29,432 nucleotides of DNA from Octopus sinensis (Eukaryota). Location: assembly GCF_006345805.1 (NCBI RefSeq), contig NW_021832910.1:1-29432 (forward strand). The letters are read 5' to 3'. A model generated the notes under the pieces. That model was not told the origin of the DNA. It saw nothing but the letters and a program-made list of their open reading frames with translations, and made no database searches. The position numbers were made by a program, and so were the translations under genes. Of the stretch, positions 11,155 to 22,480 are shown piece after piece (positions within the stretch are counted from its first letter, which is position 1; each line of letters opens with the position of its first letter).

Positions 11155-11312
11155 CAATTGAGGGCAAATTAATTAATTATTAATCAATTTCACCAAGTGT
11201 TCAGTATGCAAAGGGACCATTCAAGGCGAATTCAAATTATTACATTATATAAAAGGGCTTAGTAAAATAAAGTTCAGTATGCGGCAAAGTAATTTATTTT
11301 ACTAAGCCCTTT

Positions 11313-11349
<37 letters not shown>

Positions 11350-11597
11350 CATATATATATGTGTGTGTGTGTATACGTTTGTGTGTCTGTGTTTGTCCCC
11401 CCCCTCAACATCGCTTGACACCGATGCTGGTGTGTTACGTCTCCATAACTTAGCGGTTCGGCAAAAGAGACCGATAGAATAAGTACTAGGCTTACAAAGA
11501 ATAAGTCCTGGCGTCGATTAGCTCGACTAAAGGCGGTGCTCCAGCTTGGCCACAGTCAAATGACTGAAACAAGTACAAGAGTAAAAGAGTAAAAGAG
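11078..11597 (+). mobile_element. 5'-truncated SINE family A, interrupted in its internal microsatellite
   Basis: AGACGGAAAACTGAAAGAAGCCCG, then (TA)n, an AT-rich insert (~11150-11320), then TA/TG and the 3' half (TGTTTGTCCCCCC...GACTGAAACAAGT...AAAAGAG). Confidence 0.85.
11244..11320. repeat. Perfect 28-bp inverted repeat with 21-nt spacer
   Basis: ATTATATAAAAGGGCTTAGTAAAATAAA (11244-11271) and its exact reverse complement (11293-11320). Confidence 0.95.
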
Positions 11598-13197
11598 ATG
11601 CATACACACACTCACACACATGCGTATATATGTATATATGAAAATATATAGACAGAGAGACGTATACATATATCTACATGTATATATATGCACACGCGTA
11701 TGTACCATGTATACGTGTGGTTGTTTAGGGCCGTGGCGTGCTAAGCGGCACAATGGAAGAGATATTCCCTAGAGCGATGCTGTCCAATTGAATATATTCT
11801 TTATGCCTGCATTCAACTCTGCATTTTGTATCTCACGCAAAAGATGAAATAAGAACGAGAGAAAATACTAGTGCGACAGTAAAAACCGACTAAAACAAAA
11901 CAGAAACGGAATGCAGTGCTCCAGCTTGACCGCGTACTAATGACTGAAATCAATAAGAGAAACAAATAAGAGAAACAAATGCAGGGAAACAGTCGACACC
12001 ATAATTTTACGCCCTAACCAAATTAACCAGACGCAGTTGGAGTGAAACAGACTGTAATATCGTTAGTGTACTAAACCAAAGAAATTTTTGCGTAATTAAA
12101 AATTACACCCGTTAGAGAAGAGAAAAATCTTTTGCTTTAATTACCAAATCTAGTGGTTGGCTCACAGCTTTATTTTTTGTTTTGCAGTTACATTCTTGCT
12201 TCTGTATAACATCGTATATTTACGCGAAAACAAAATAGAAGTAGAACGGTTCGTCTTAAAATTACCAAGATTTGGAGATGAGTTATTTTTTTGTAATTTT
12301 ATTTTTGTTTATTTCCTTATAACGAAAAAAAGATTATGGTTAGCAAACCACAGGGTAAAAAACCAGATGACTTCCTTTCTGGTTTTGTTTTGCTTTTGTG
12401 TAATATTTTGTGGGGTGGGAAGTGATAAAGATATAATGGAAGGGAGGAAGCTTTGTGCTTTGTTTCTTTGTAGTTTTTTCTTTGTTTGTGTGTGTGTTTT
12501 TTTTTCGCCTTCCTATTTTATTTGCCTAACATATAATTGAGAGAATATTATTAGTCCTAATTATATTTCATGATTACAGTTCATTATTATATTTCTTCCA
12601 TGCAACAACAAATGCCTAAGGCGTAACGTCTGCTAGTTTTTCAAATTAATGTTTTGTTGTTTCGTGTTTATATAATTTTTTTTTTTTAATTTGCTTATTT
12701 TGTTTTTTTTTCTCTCGTGTTTTTAGGCAACGGGGTTGTGTGTGGAGGCATTTTGTGGTGCATCGGGGGGTCCGAAAAACAACTGGGGGGAGATAACATT
12801 CATTTTTTTTGTCTTTTCTTTTTGTTTTTTTGTTGTTTTTTTCTTTGTCAGATCAACACTACTGCAAAAACCCATACTCTTTTATACTCTGGCTATCCTG
12901 AACAAGTCAGAATGTGTTTGATCATACGCTTGTGCGATCAATATTGATCTAGAGTTAAACGACAAGAACCCTAGTTAGGCCAGTCCACTTAGATAACGCT
13001 TGCTTGGAAGAGCAACTGGACAGCAGACCCCTCTCACTGAATCAGGCTTTCATTAACGATGGATGTAGCTGTGTGGTAAGAAGCTTGCATCCCAACCGCA
13101 TGGTTGGCACCTTGGGCAAGTGTCTTCTACTATAGTCCTGAGCTAACCAAAGCCTTGTGAGTGAATTTGGTAGATGGAAACGGAAAGAAGCCCAATG

Positions 13198-13237
<40 letters not shown>

Positions 13238-13240
<3 letters not shown>

Positions 13241-13352
13241 GGCCTGCTCGCTTAGCCAGCTGGGTGTTGTCATTGAAGGCTAAAACAATGCAAAGCGCAT
13301 TGTGACCAGCGATATGTATCAACATCTAATGACCTGGTCGGTCACGTGATCA
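13238..13352. repeat. GC-rich structured insert of unknown class between (TA)n tracts
   Basis: Several 6-bp complementary pairs; TA tracts on both sides. Confidence 0.5.
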
Positions 13353-13356
13353 TATA

Positions 13357-13392
<36 letters not shown>

Positions 13393-13471
13393 AATATTAG
13401 GGAATGAATCCAAAATTATAGGGAAAAATCAGATTTAGGGTTAAATCCAATTTTATAGTAAAAATTATATA

Positions 13472-13674
13472 ATATAATTCGAGACAAAACCACTATTTTA
13501 AAACAAACAAGGAAAGACTTAATCAATACATAAAATTTTAATATAAATTAAATAAACCGCCACTACTAGCAGACATGAAACAATTGTAGTGGCGGTTTAT
13601 TTAATTTATATTAAAAATTTTATGTATTGATTAAGTCTTTCCTTGTTTGGTTTTAAAATAGTGGTTTTGTCTCG

Positions 13675-13682
<8 letters not shown>
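13472..13682. repeat. Near-perfect ~95-bp fold-back inverted repeat with 19-nt loop
   Basis: Arms at 13472-13566 and 13586-13682 differ only by two single-base indels. Loop is TAGCAGACATGAAACAATT. Confidence 0.95.
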
Positions 13683-13753
<71 letters not shown>

Positions 13754-13999
13754 GAGAGAGAGAAATGCATATGTTTCTGTATGTATGTATGTGTGTGTCG
13801 TGCGTCAGTGTTTGTCCACCACTGCTGGTTCACAAACGGTGTTGGTTTGTTTACGTCCACATAACTTAGCGGTTCGGCAAAATTGACTGACAGTGTAAGA
13901 ATCCGGCTTTAAAAGAATAAGTACTGAGGCCGATCCATTTGATTCAAAGTTCTTCATAGCGGTGCCCCAGCACGGTCACAGTCTAATGACCGAAACTTA

Positions 14000-15700
14000 A
14001 GCCCTTATAATTAAAACTTAAGGAACATAAGGAATATTTGTTCTTTGTTTGACTCAGTAATACGACATTAGCTATGATTATGCTAAGAAACAGGGGTCAG
14101 AGAGGTCACTGTGAATAAGGAGATCAGTCATGAAATTGATACGAACTGAGACATTAGGTGGGAAAACGCCATATGATCAGTTACAAGTAATTTATTCCAG
14201 TTCTGAATATGACACTATTGTTGCGAAACAAATTCTTTTGAGTGTTCGTCTGTGGTCATGTGACACCGAAGAGCACCTGGACACGATCATATATTTCTAT
14301 CGCATCAAGTTGAATAGCTTGCAGAGACTGAAATCATAATCCGACAGACGAAGTAGAGTGAATGTTATGAATCCACTGGTAAAATAAAATTGAGGGAAAT
14401 TAAATCCAAAACTCTCAATGTGATTCTTTTGATAATGTTTTATATGGAGAAAAAGCAACAGCAGAACTGAAAAAGAAAATGTCTCTGTAAGTGCCTCATT
14501 GAAACAAGGCATAAGGCTCTACAAAATTATTTTAACTTCTGCCATGTTGAAAATGATTCGACCAAATTCTGTGAAAGGTTAAAAAGGATGTTGTTTCTGA
14601 GGTGATTGTTTCACCTGAATATCTATCATAAAAATGGCGAAACATCTGTTGTTGCCTAATGTACGATTTCTTGGCACAACCGAATCTGAAAACGTCATCC
14701 AGAAGAAATGAATCAGCTTCTCTCTCCATCGTCAGTATTAAACATTGATCAGTTCATAAATTTTATTTTACAAACCTACTTAAGCAATGAAATAAGAATA
14801 TGATGGTCGCTCAATAATGCCAGCAAAGGAAGATTGAATTCAAACTGAAATATACGACAAATATCCAACAGTAACATTTGTTCATTGTGCCGTACATAAA
14901 ATATATCTTATTGCTAGTTACTTTAGCGAAAATCATAAAATAAAGAATTTATTAGGCACAATGAAATCTTTCATCAACATTCTTCGTGAAAATTCAAAGT
15001 GAAAACGCCTTATTTTAAATGTACCATTACTTTGTGAAACACGTCGGACTGCAAAATATTAAGTACCAGAGTATTGTTTCATTAAATTTGAAAGGGCTTA
15101 TACTCATTTATGTTTACTGTCATTGAACTAAGCCTACCTAGAAGGAAATTCTCTTCCAATGTTCTGTGGCTCGACTATAAAGGAATATTTTTCATTGAAG
15201 TACCATAATTACATTCCATCACACCATTACCTTTGGAAAGCCGATTTACAAGTGAAAGTAAAAACGTTTAGCATCCTCTATTCACTACGTCCACGTCATT
15301 AAGCAAATTGCTTAGATCATTAAATCATAATAAATTGAATGCTTAGAAGCTGAAATGGTTGTATTTATTTGAAATCCGTTTCCTGGTCGGAAAAGGAGAA
15401 ACAGGATCATGGATGTGAAGACGAACCTTGAGGTTAATTTTCAAACATTCTCGCTTATTTCCTTTTGAACAACAACCTCTGAGATTACCCGTAACAACCA
15501 ACACAGTGACAAAGTACTTCAACGCTACGAAATGTGTAAAAACTTGGTTAAGGCCTGAGCAGCCGACAAAGGTTTATCTGGACTGTGCTCTGAACAAGGG
15601 CTTTGAGACAAGAAACAGGAATTTATTCATTCTAAACAGTGGTTGTTAGATTGGAACAAGGCCAATATTCTGGGATGTCTCATATTATATTAGCATTTCT
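14000..15700 (+). pseudogene. Decayed hAT-superfamily transposase (ZMYM1/THAP12-like group)
   Basis: 14796-15059 gives EYDGRSIMPAKED*IQTEIYDKYPTVTFVHCAVHKIYLIA...VPLLCETRRTAKY, matching GYDGA..M.G...HCxxH..NL...LCETRW. The 15428 ORF contains LRLPVTTNTVTKYFNATKCVKTWLR, matching the hAT C-terminal dimerization motif LTLPVTTxxxERSFSxLxRxKTWLR. Many stops and frameshifts. Outer limits are approximate. Confidence 0.8.
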
Positions 15701-16100
15701 AAATTACAAGAAGCTTAAAACTGGTCTAATAAATTATGTTTCTATTTTTCATATCTTTATTTTTATAAACAGTTCCTTTTTTTTTCCTTTTTGTTAAGAT
15801 TTCGGTCACATGAACTTGCAAAAAGTTTTGCAGTCCTAATCTAGAAAAACTCCTATAGCATTTCAAGTCTTGAATGTTACTTTATTATTAATTATATAAT
15901 ACATTTCTTTACATTCACACTCCAATATCAGTAAAATACCGCCATGTCACACTATCTCTTTATGAATCACACAATATTCCTATGTTCAAAAATAATGTTC
16001 CTTTTATATATTGTTTTTAATTCAAGGTTTCCAAGTTCCAAACCTATTATGTAAATAAGAGCTTATATAATACAGAGATCGATAATCTCTATGTATATTG

Positions 16101-16132
<32 letters not shown>

Positions 16133-16795
16133 AGTGTTTATATAATTTTATTTCCTTTGGAGCTTTTTAAAATAATTTCAAGCCTTCGTGTAGCCTGATT
16201 TATCTCGAAAATAATTATATTATTGATTAGTTGCATATATATTCAAAACCAAGAATATCACTTATAGTTAATCTATAGGTAACTGCTGCTTTCTGTGTCA
16301 ATGAAATCAATTTTGTCTCCAGTATATAATGCTAACTCCAGTTTTGTATTGCTATCAATACATTTTTCATGATATTGAACACAATAGATTTTAATACAAC
16401 CACAATATTGTATCACCTTTGTATGCAACCTCAAATACATTAAATCTAATTGAGATATATTCTACTCAATTTAACCTATATTTAACAGGAAAAATACTTA
16501 GAGGTTTGACTAAGATATTAAAAAAAAAGATTAACTGAATAAATCATGTGTGTGTGTGTGTGAGTGTGTGTGTGTTTGTGTGTGCGTATAAAGCACTTGA
16601 CTGCCACACGCATAGTGCTATGATTCCAAACAGATGAAGAACTATCTTCATTTAAATATATTTTAGTCACTATTATATTGGTATTCTATACATGAGTTCA
16701 GATAATCTTTAAGATTGCACTTACCCAACTACAGTGTTTATGCAGGATATATTATATACCAAAGGTAGTTATACATTCGTACATAGATACGGAAC

Positions 16796-16952
16796 AAGTT
16801 GTGGTGAAAGAGTACAGCAGGGATCACCACCATCCCCTGCCGGAGCTTCGTGGAGCTTTTAGCTGTTTTCGCTCAATAAACACTCACAACGCCCGGTCTG
16901 GGAATCGAAACCGCGAGTCTGCTGCCCTAACCACTGGGCCATTGCGCCTCCA
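16796..16952 (-). mobile_element. SINE family C, 3'-truncated copy
   Basis: Reverse complement of 18200-18376, with a deletion between the two CGCGA motifs in the head. Confidence 0.9.
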
Positions 16953-17066
16953 CAAGGTATGCCTATATATAACTATGTAATATCAGTCTATTACATTTAT
17001 ACATGCACACACAGACACACACACACACGCATACGTATAGAGATATGTATATACATTTATACGTAC

Positions 17067-17266
17067 ACTGCGATAGAAAATATTTATGTTGATTGTGTCA
17101 ACATCTCCTCCAAAATGTCCGCAAGGTAATGCTTTCCCATGAGACGTAACGATGTTGCCAAAAGTTTTCACGGCGAACGGAGCCAGTATTTCGGACTGGG
17201 AACAAATCTCGTGCACTATTGTAGAGGCTGCTTGTCCATCGGGTGTGAATTTCTCGACTAAAATTG
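17067..17266 (-). other. Stop-free 200-nt segment: possible exon or decayed PIF/Harbinger-like transposase fragment
   Basis: Preceded by TTTTTTCTTTTCAG and followed by GTACGT. Translates to ILVEKFTPDGQAASTIVHEICSQSEILAPFAVKTFGNIVTSHGKALPCGHFGGDVDTININIFYRS. STIVHEIC...EILAP loosely resembles Harbinger S.IV.EVC...E.L.P. Confidence 0.3.
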
Positions 17267-17511
17267 CTGAAAAGAAAAAAAGCTAAACATCAATTGTGAA
17301 TTTAATTGAGGAAATTACAACTCTTGTATCAGGGATACACATTTTTTTTTTCTGTTGTCATAAGTGCGATGAGCTACGTCACGACATTTTTGCAGAAAAA
17401 AGGCCCCGAAAGGCTGAATTTTACAAAGAAACAACAAAATATTCTTAAAAGTATTCTTCAAAGAAAACCGATGGCACGAAAATGATTTGTAACAACAAAT
17501 CATTTTGTTAC

Positions 17512-18035
17512 AGGCGCAGGAGTGGCTGTGTGGTAAGTAGCTTGCTTACCAACCACATGGTTTTGGGTTCAGTCCCACTGCGTGGCAAGTGTCTTCTACT
17601 ATAGCCTCGGGCAGACCGAAGCCATGTGAGTGGATTGGTAGACGGAAACTGAAAGAAGCCCGTCATATTTATATATATATATATATATATTATATGTATG
17701 TATGTGTATATATATTATATATATATATAATATAATATTATATATATATAATATGTATGTGTGGTGTGTGTACGTGTGTGTGTGTGTGTGTATATGTGTG
17801 TGGATATGTTTGTGTGTCTGTGTTTGTCCACCCAGCATTGCTTGATAACCGATGCTGGTGTGTTTACGTCCCCGTAACTTAGGGGTTCGGTTAAAGAAAC
17901 CGATAGATTATGTACTAGGCTTACAAAGAATAAGTCTTGGGGTCGATTTGCTCGACTAAAAGCAGTGCTCCAGCATGACCGCAGTCAAATGACTGAAACA
18001 AGTAAAAGAGTAAAAGAGAGTAAAGAGAGAGTAAC
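17512..18035 (+). mobile_element. SINE family A, near full length
   Basis: A-box TGGCTGTGTGG at 17523, B-box GGGTTCAGTCCC near 17565, internal TA/TG tract, 3' half, and an (AAAAGAGT)-like tail. Confidence 0.9.
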
Positions 18036-18199
18036 AAAATCCAAAGAGTTGCTATATAAGTTTCCTGGATTAAATATATGTACTCAGTCCCATATACACG
18101 TGGTATGCAGACACATAAACAGTAAGCAAAGATACGCTCGGGTCCAAAAGAGACATGCGCAACTATGACGTGAATGTAGTTATATATAGGCATACCTTG

Positions 18200-18575
18200 T
18201 GGAGGCGCAATGGCCCAATGGTTAGGGCAGCGGACTCGCGATCATAGGATCGCGGTTTCGATTCCCAGACCGGGCGTTGTGAGTGTTTATTGAGCGAAAA
18301 CACCTAAAAGCTCCACGAGGCTCCGGCAGGGGATGGTGGTGATCCCTGCTGTACTCTTTCACCACAACTTTCTCTCACTCTTACTCCCTGTTTCTGTTGT
18401 ACCGGTATTTCAAGGGGCCGGCCTTGTCACTCTCTGTGTCACGCTGAATATCCCCGAGAACTACGTTAAGGGTGCACGTGTCAGCCACTTACACGTTAAT
18501 TTCACTAGCAGGCTGTTCCGTTGATTCGGATCAACCGGAACCCTCATCGTCGTAACCGACGGAGTGCTTCCATCC
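18200..18575 (+). mobile_element. tRNA-derived SINE family C, full length, with 14-bp target-site duplication
   Basis: A-box TGGCCCAATGG at 18211-18221 and B-box GGTTTCGATTCCC at 18254-18266. ATAGGCATACCTTG at 18186-18199 and 18576-18589. Confidence 0.9.
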
Positions 18576-18739
18576 ATAGGCATACCTTGACATATATTTC
18601 TACACTAACCCACTCACATATTGACAAATAACTGCAACTGACTTGGTTCAAACGACAAAGCCTTGTCAGTTTTGCTGATCTTAATGTAAAGAGCTTACAA
18701 GAAACACAAACGTCAAGCAGATTCGTAGTCATATCTACA

Positions 18740-19123
18740 TGCACGCACACATACATACATACATACACACATACACACATACATACATACATACATACAT
18801 ACATACATGCATGCATACATACATACATACATACATACATACATACATACAAACGTACATTTATACATATAATATATATATACAGACATACACACATACA
18901 AACATACACATATACATAAAAGATTGATATATACATACATCCATACAAACAAAACATGCATACGTACGTACATGCTTATATACATACATATATGCATATA
19001 TATATATAATGTATATATATATAATGTATATATATATATATATGTATGTATATATATATGTATATATATATATATATAGATATATATATATATGTATATG
19101 TATATATTATATATATATAATAC

Positions 19124-19196
<73 letters not shown>
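18740..19196. repeat. (TACA)n/(TA)n compound microsatellite
   Basis: Read directly from the sequence. Confidence 0.95.
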
Positions 19197-19199
<3 letters not shown>

Positions 19200-19200
<1 letters not shown>

Positions 19201-19505
19201 GAGGAGACCCCCCCCAGTCATGACTGACCATGGGATTGCACCTAGAAAGTTACCCTCTGGCACAAGTCCGGCGAGCATGGTTGTTGTTTATGGAAGACTA
19301 GCAGTCACCCATGCATACCAGCCTCTCCTCTCCATGCCACCGATGTTATCCAAGGGAAAAGCAAAGGGGCCGATACAGCTTGGCACCAGTGATGTCGCAA
19401 CTCATTTCTACACCTGAGTTAACTGGAGCAGCGTAAAATAAAGTGTCCCGGTCCGGGAATCGAACTCACGACATCACGATTTTAAGCCGACTCTCTAACC
19501 ACTGC
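19200..19505 (-). mobile_element. tRNA-derived SINE family D
   Basis: Minus strand GCAGTGGTTAGAG...GAGTTCGATTCCC (B-box at 19467-19455), then GCTCCAGTTAACTCAGGTGTAG, ending CATGGTCAGTCATGACTGGGGGGGGTCTC next to (TA)n. Confidence 0.75.
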
Positions 19506-19878
19506 ATATGTATATATATATACATATATAAACACATACATACATGACTAATTACTTGATGTAGTCAAAACTACGTCGGAAAGTCCTCGTTTCTGGGTTC
19601 GAGACCTCTTCATTTTGCATTGGCGAGAAATATGAGAAATAAAATCACAAGATCATATGTAGATACTTATGGTGCATACATATATAACTACATATGTACA
19701 CACACATATATACGTGATTGTATATATGTACCTCTATCTAAGATTTACTATTTAACTATCTATCTATCAAACCCATAGTATATACGTTTGAGCGTATGTG
19801 TATATATATATATATAGACACACACATACACAAACATATACTTATATACGAATGCATACAAACGCAAGTATGTATTTA

Positions 19879-19926
<48 letters not shown>

Positions 19927-19940
19927 TGTGTGTGTGTGTA

Positions 19941-20182
19941 TTCTTTTATTTCCTTTTTTCTTGTTTCAGTTATTTGACTGCGGCTATGCTGAGCACCGCG
20001 TTTTGTCGAACACATCGACCCCAGGACTTATTCTTTATAAGCCAGGTACTTATTGTATCCGTCTCTTTTGCCGAGCCGCTACGTTACGGGGACGTAAACA
20101 CACCAACATCGGTCGTCAAGCGACGGTGGGGGTACAAACACAGACACACAAACACACACACATACATAAATACATATATATA

Positions 20183-20217
<35 letters not shown>

Positions 20218-20385
20218 TATATATACGACGGGGTTCTTTCAGCTTCCGCAATCCAATCCACTCACAGGGCTTTGGTCTGCCCAAAGCTATAGTGGAAGAC
20301 ACTTGCCGAAGGTGCCACGCTGTGGACTGAACCCGGAACCATGTGGTTGGGAAGCAAGCTTTTTACCACCCAGCCATACCTGCAC
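19941..20385 (-). mobile_element. SINE family A
   Basis: Reverse complement of the 17512 copy, including the internal CA/TG tract. Confidence 0.9.
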
Positions 20386-20408
20386 GCATGCATGCATATA
20401 TGTACATA

Positions 20409-20644
20409 CTAGCAGAAAAAGCGCCCCATTGCGCGGCTTTTCAGCTAACTCCTGTGGAGAGCTCTTCATTGGGCTTTGAACCCAACAATGACACTTCGTA
20501 CATTGACTACATATTAAATTTTGTTGAACTTGACCAATAATTTTCAAACAATGAAAAGTTTTCATCAAAACAATCATATAATATGTCGACTTGGAATATT
20601 ATTACAAAGCTTCACCGTCATGCTTGACCGCCTCAGTTACCACT

Positions 20645-20676
<32 letters not shown>

Positions 20677-20894
20677 AGTCACCTCCGCCTCTATCACAAC
20701 TACAACTCATACTATTTACTAACACCCATTATCATGTCAACTATCAATCTACTATCGCCCTTACCGTGTCTACGCCTACTATTACTTTCACCCCAGCAAG
20801 AGGAGTAGAAGTGTCATTGAATAGTGAAGGGGGGAGGGCTCAAAATGTGACACACTGACACACAGAAATTCGCTTTGGCATTTATTATTATAGA
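20409..20894 (-). mobile_element. Non-autonomous Helitron-like element
   Basis: Minus strand 5' end A|TCTATAATAATAAATG (TC at 20894-20893). 3' end GCGC-AATGGG-GCGC hairpin, 8 nt, then CTAG|T (20412-20409). No target-site duplication; removing the element restores TGTACATA|TATGTG. Confidence 0.65.
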
Positions 20895-21499
20895 TATGTG
20901 CGTGTGTATGTGTGTGTGTACATATATATATATATGCATGTGTGTCATGTATGTATGTATAAGCTTTATACTTACATCATATATACTTCCACACACAACT
21001 ATTTCAGGAACGGTTCATCCCTTACTAAAGACTATTATTTAACCATACTTTATTAAAACAACACACCAATAAAGTGGTGCCTTTTCACATGATTTGAAAA
21101 GACTTAATTATTATTATAAGTTTCTATCGACAATTTTTATTCCTCAAACCAGTCAATAGTGAAACCTTTATGAATATTTTTTTGTTATTATTTATCAATA
21201 ATGAAAATATGTTTTTTTTTTAGTTGATTCATATAAATTAAAAACAAATAAATGAAGAAATTGTTTCATTTCTTGGTCTTTTACATTTTTCAATATTTTA
21301 TGGAATGTTCAATACATTTCCAATGTTATTGTGATATGAAACCAAACAAAGGAAGACACAAGAAAAACTATAAATATAGGAAATACACAAACAGACCCGA
21401 AAAGATATGTCGGTGAGTGTATATATGTGCATGCCAGTATGTGTATGCATGTATATAACTATATATACGTATGTGCGTGCATTTTATAAATATATGTAT

Positions 21500-21543
21500 A
21501 CGCACACACACATATATATAGATATAGATATATAGATATATAT

Positions 21544-21587
<44 letters not shown>

Positions 21588-21766
21588 GAGTAGATATGTG
21601 TATACATACATATATACGAGTATATATGTATATATGTGTGTGTATATATATATATATACATATGGATGAAGATAAATATCATATCACATGTATACATACT
21701 TTTATATATACATATATATATGCATATCTATCTATCTATCTATCTATCTATATATATATATGTATG

Positions 21767-21823
<57 letters not shown>

Positions 21824-21897
21824 CATAACATTATTACATATATACATATATATACATATATAATATATATTATATATATATATTATATATATATACA

Positions 21898-21935
<38 letters not shown>
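21500..21935. repeat. (TA)-rich degenerate microsatellite
   Basis: Read directly from the sequence. Confidence 0.9.
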
Positions 21936-21937
<2 letters not shown>

Positions 21938-22480
21938 TGAGAGAGAGAGAGTGAAGGAAAGGTGGAAGGGGAGAGAGAGAAAGAGGAGATTATAGATAGA
22001 TACAGAAAAAGATATTCAGAGAGAGGGAGGGAATGAGAGATGGAGGGGAGAGAGAGGGGAGAGTAAATAAATGTGTTTTAGTGTTTGCGTGTGTGAGTGT
22101 GTGTGTTTGTATAAAAATGTACGTATCTCTATATACACGCATGCTTGTTGGTACGCAGCCCTATGTATAGATGCATATATGTCGGTGCATACGCTCCTAT
22201 GTTTGCGAATGCAGGTGATAGCATGTAGTTTATCTTGATGTATATTTACATACATTTCAATCTATATCAAATTACATTTGCACATTTGCAGCATACCACA
22301 CAAAGTATGTGTTTGTATTACGTGTCTACATTATTAACAAACATTTACAACGTCCATATTCACCTCACCAGACACACATACATACGCACACATACATGCA
22401 TACATACATGCATACATACATACATACATACATACAACATACATACATACATACATACATACATACATACATACATACAT

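Larger units (their letters stand above)
13061..13996 (+). mobile_element. SINE family A, interrupted by two nested inserts
   Basis: 5' half at 13061-13200 (GCTGTGTGGTAAG...CTTGGGCAAGTGTCTTCTACTATAG...GAAAGAAGCCC) and 3' half at ~13800-13996 (ACTTAGCGGTTCGGCAAAA...AGTCTAATGACCGAAAC). Confidence 0.85.

Noticed and set aside
12852-12947. Strong-looking + strand splice acceptor (TTTTTTCTTTGTCAG)
   Set aside because: All three frames stop within about 32 codons and there is no good donor.
13255-13302. Pistol-ribozyme resemblance on the minus strand (TTAGCC loop, GGCTAAGCG)
   Set aside because: No P3 partner or GU cleavage strand, and the conserved G before the pseudoknot is absent.
18200-18275. 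tRNA-like cloverleaf with A and B boxes (also at 1367, 17512 and 19455-19505)
   Set aside because: Each continues into a conserved repeat body, and one has a TSD, so these are SINE heads rather than tRNA genes.
19586-19613. Minus-strand ATGAAGA-GGT(CTCGA)ACC-CA-GAAACGAG hammerhead-like string
   Set aside because: C3 is lost, there are extra bases before GAAA, and there is no NUH site or stem I.
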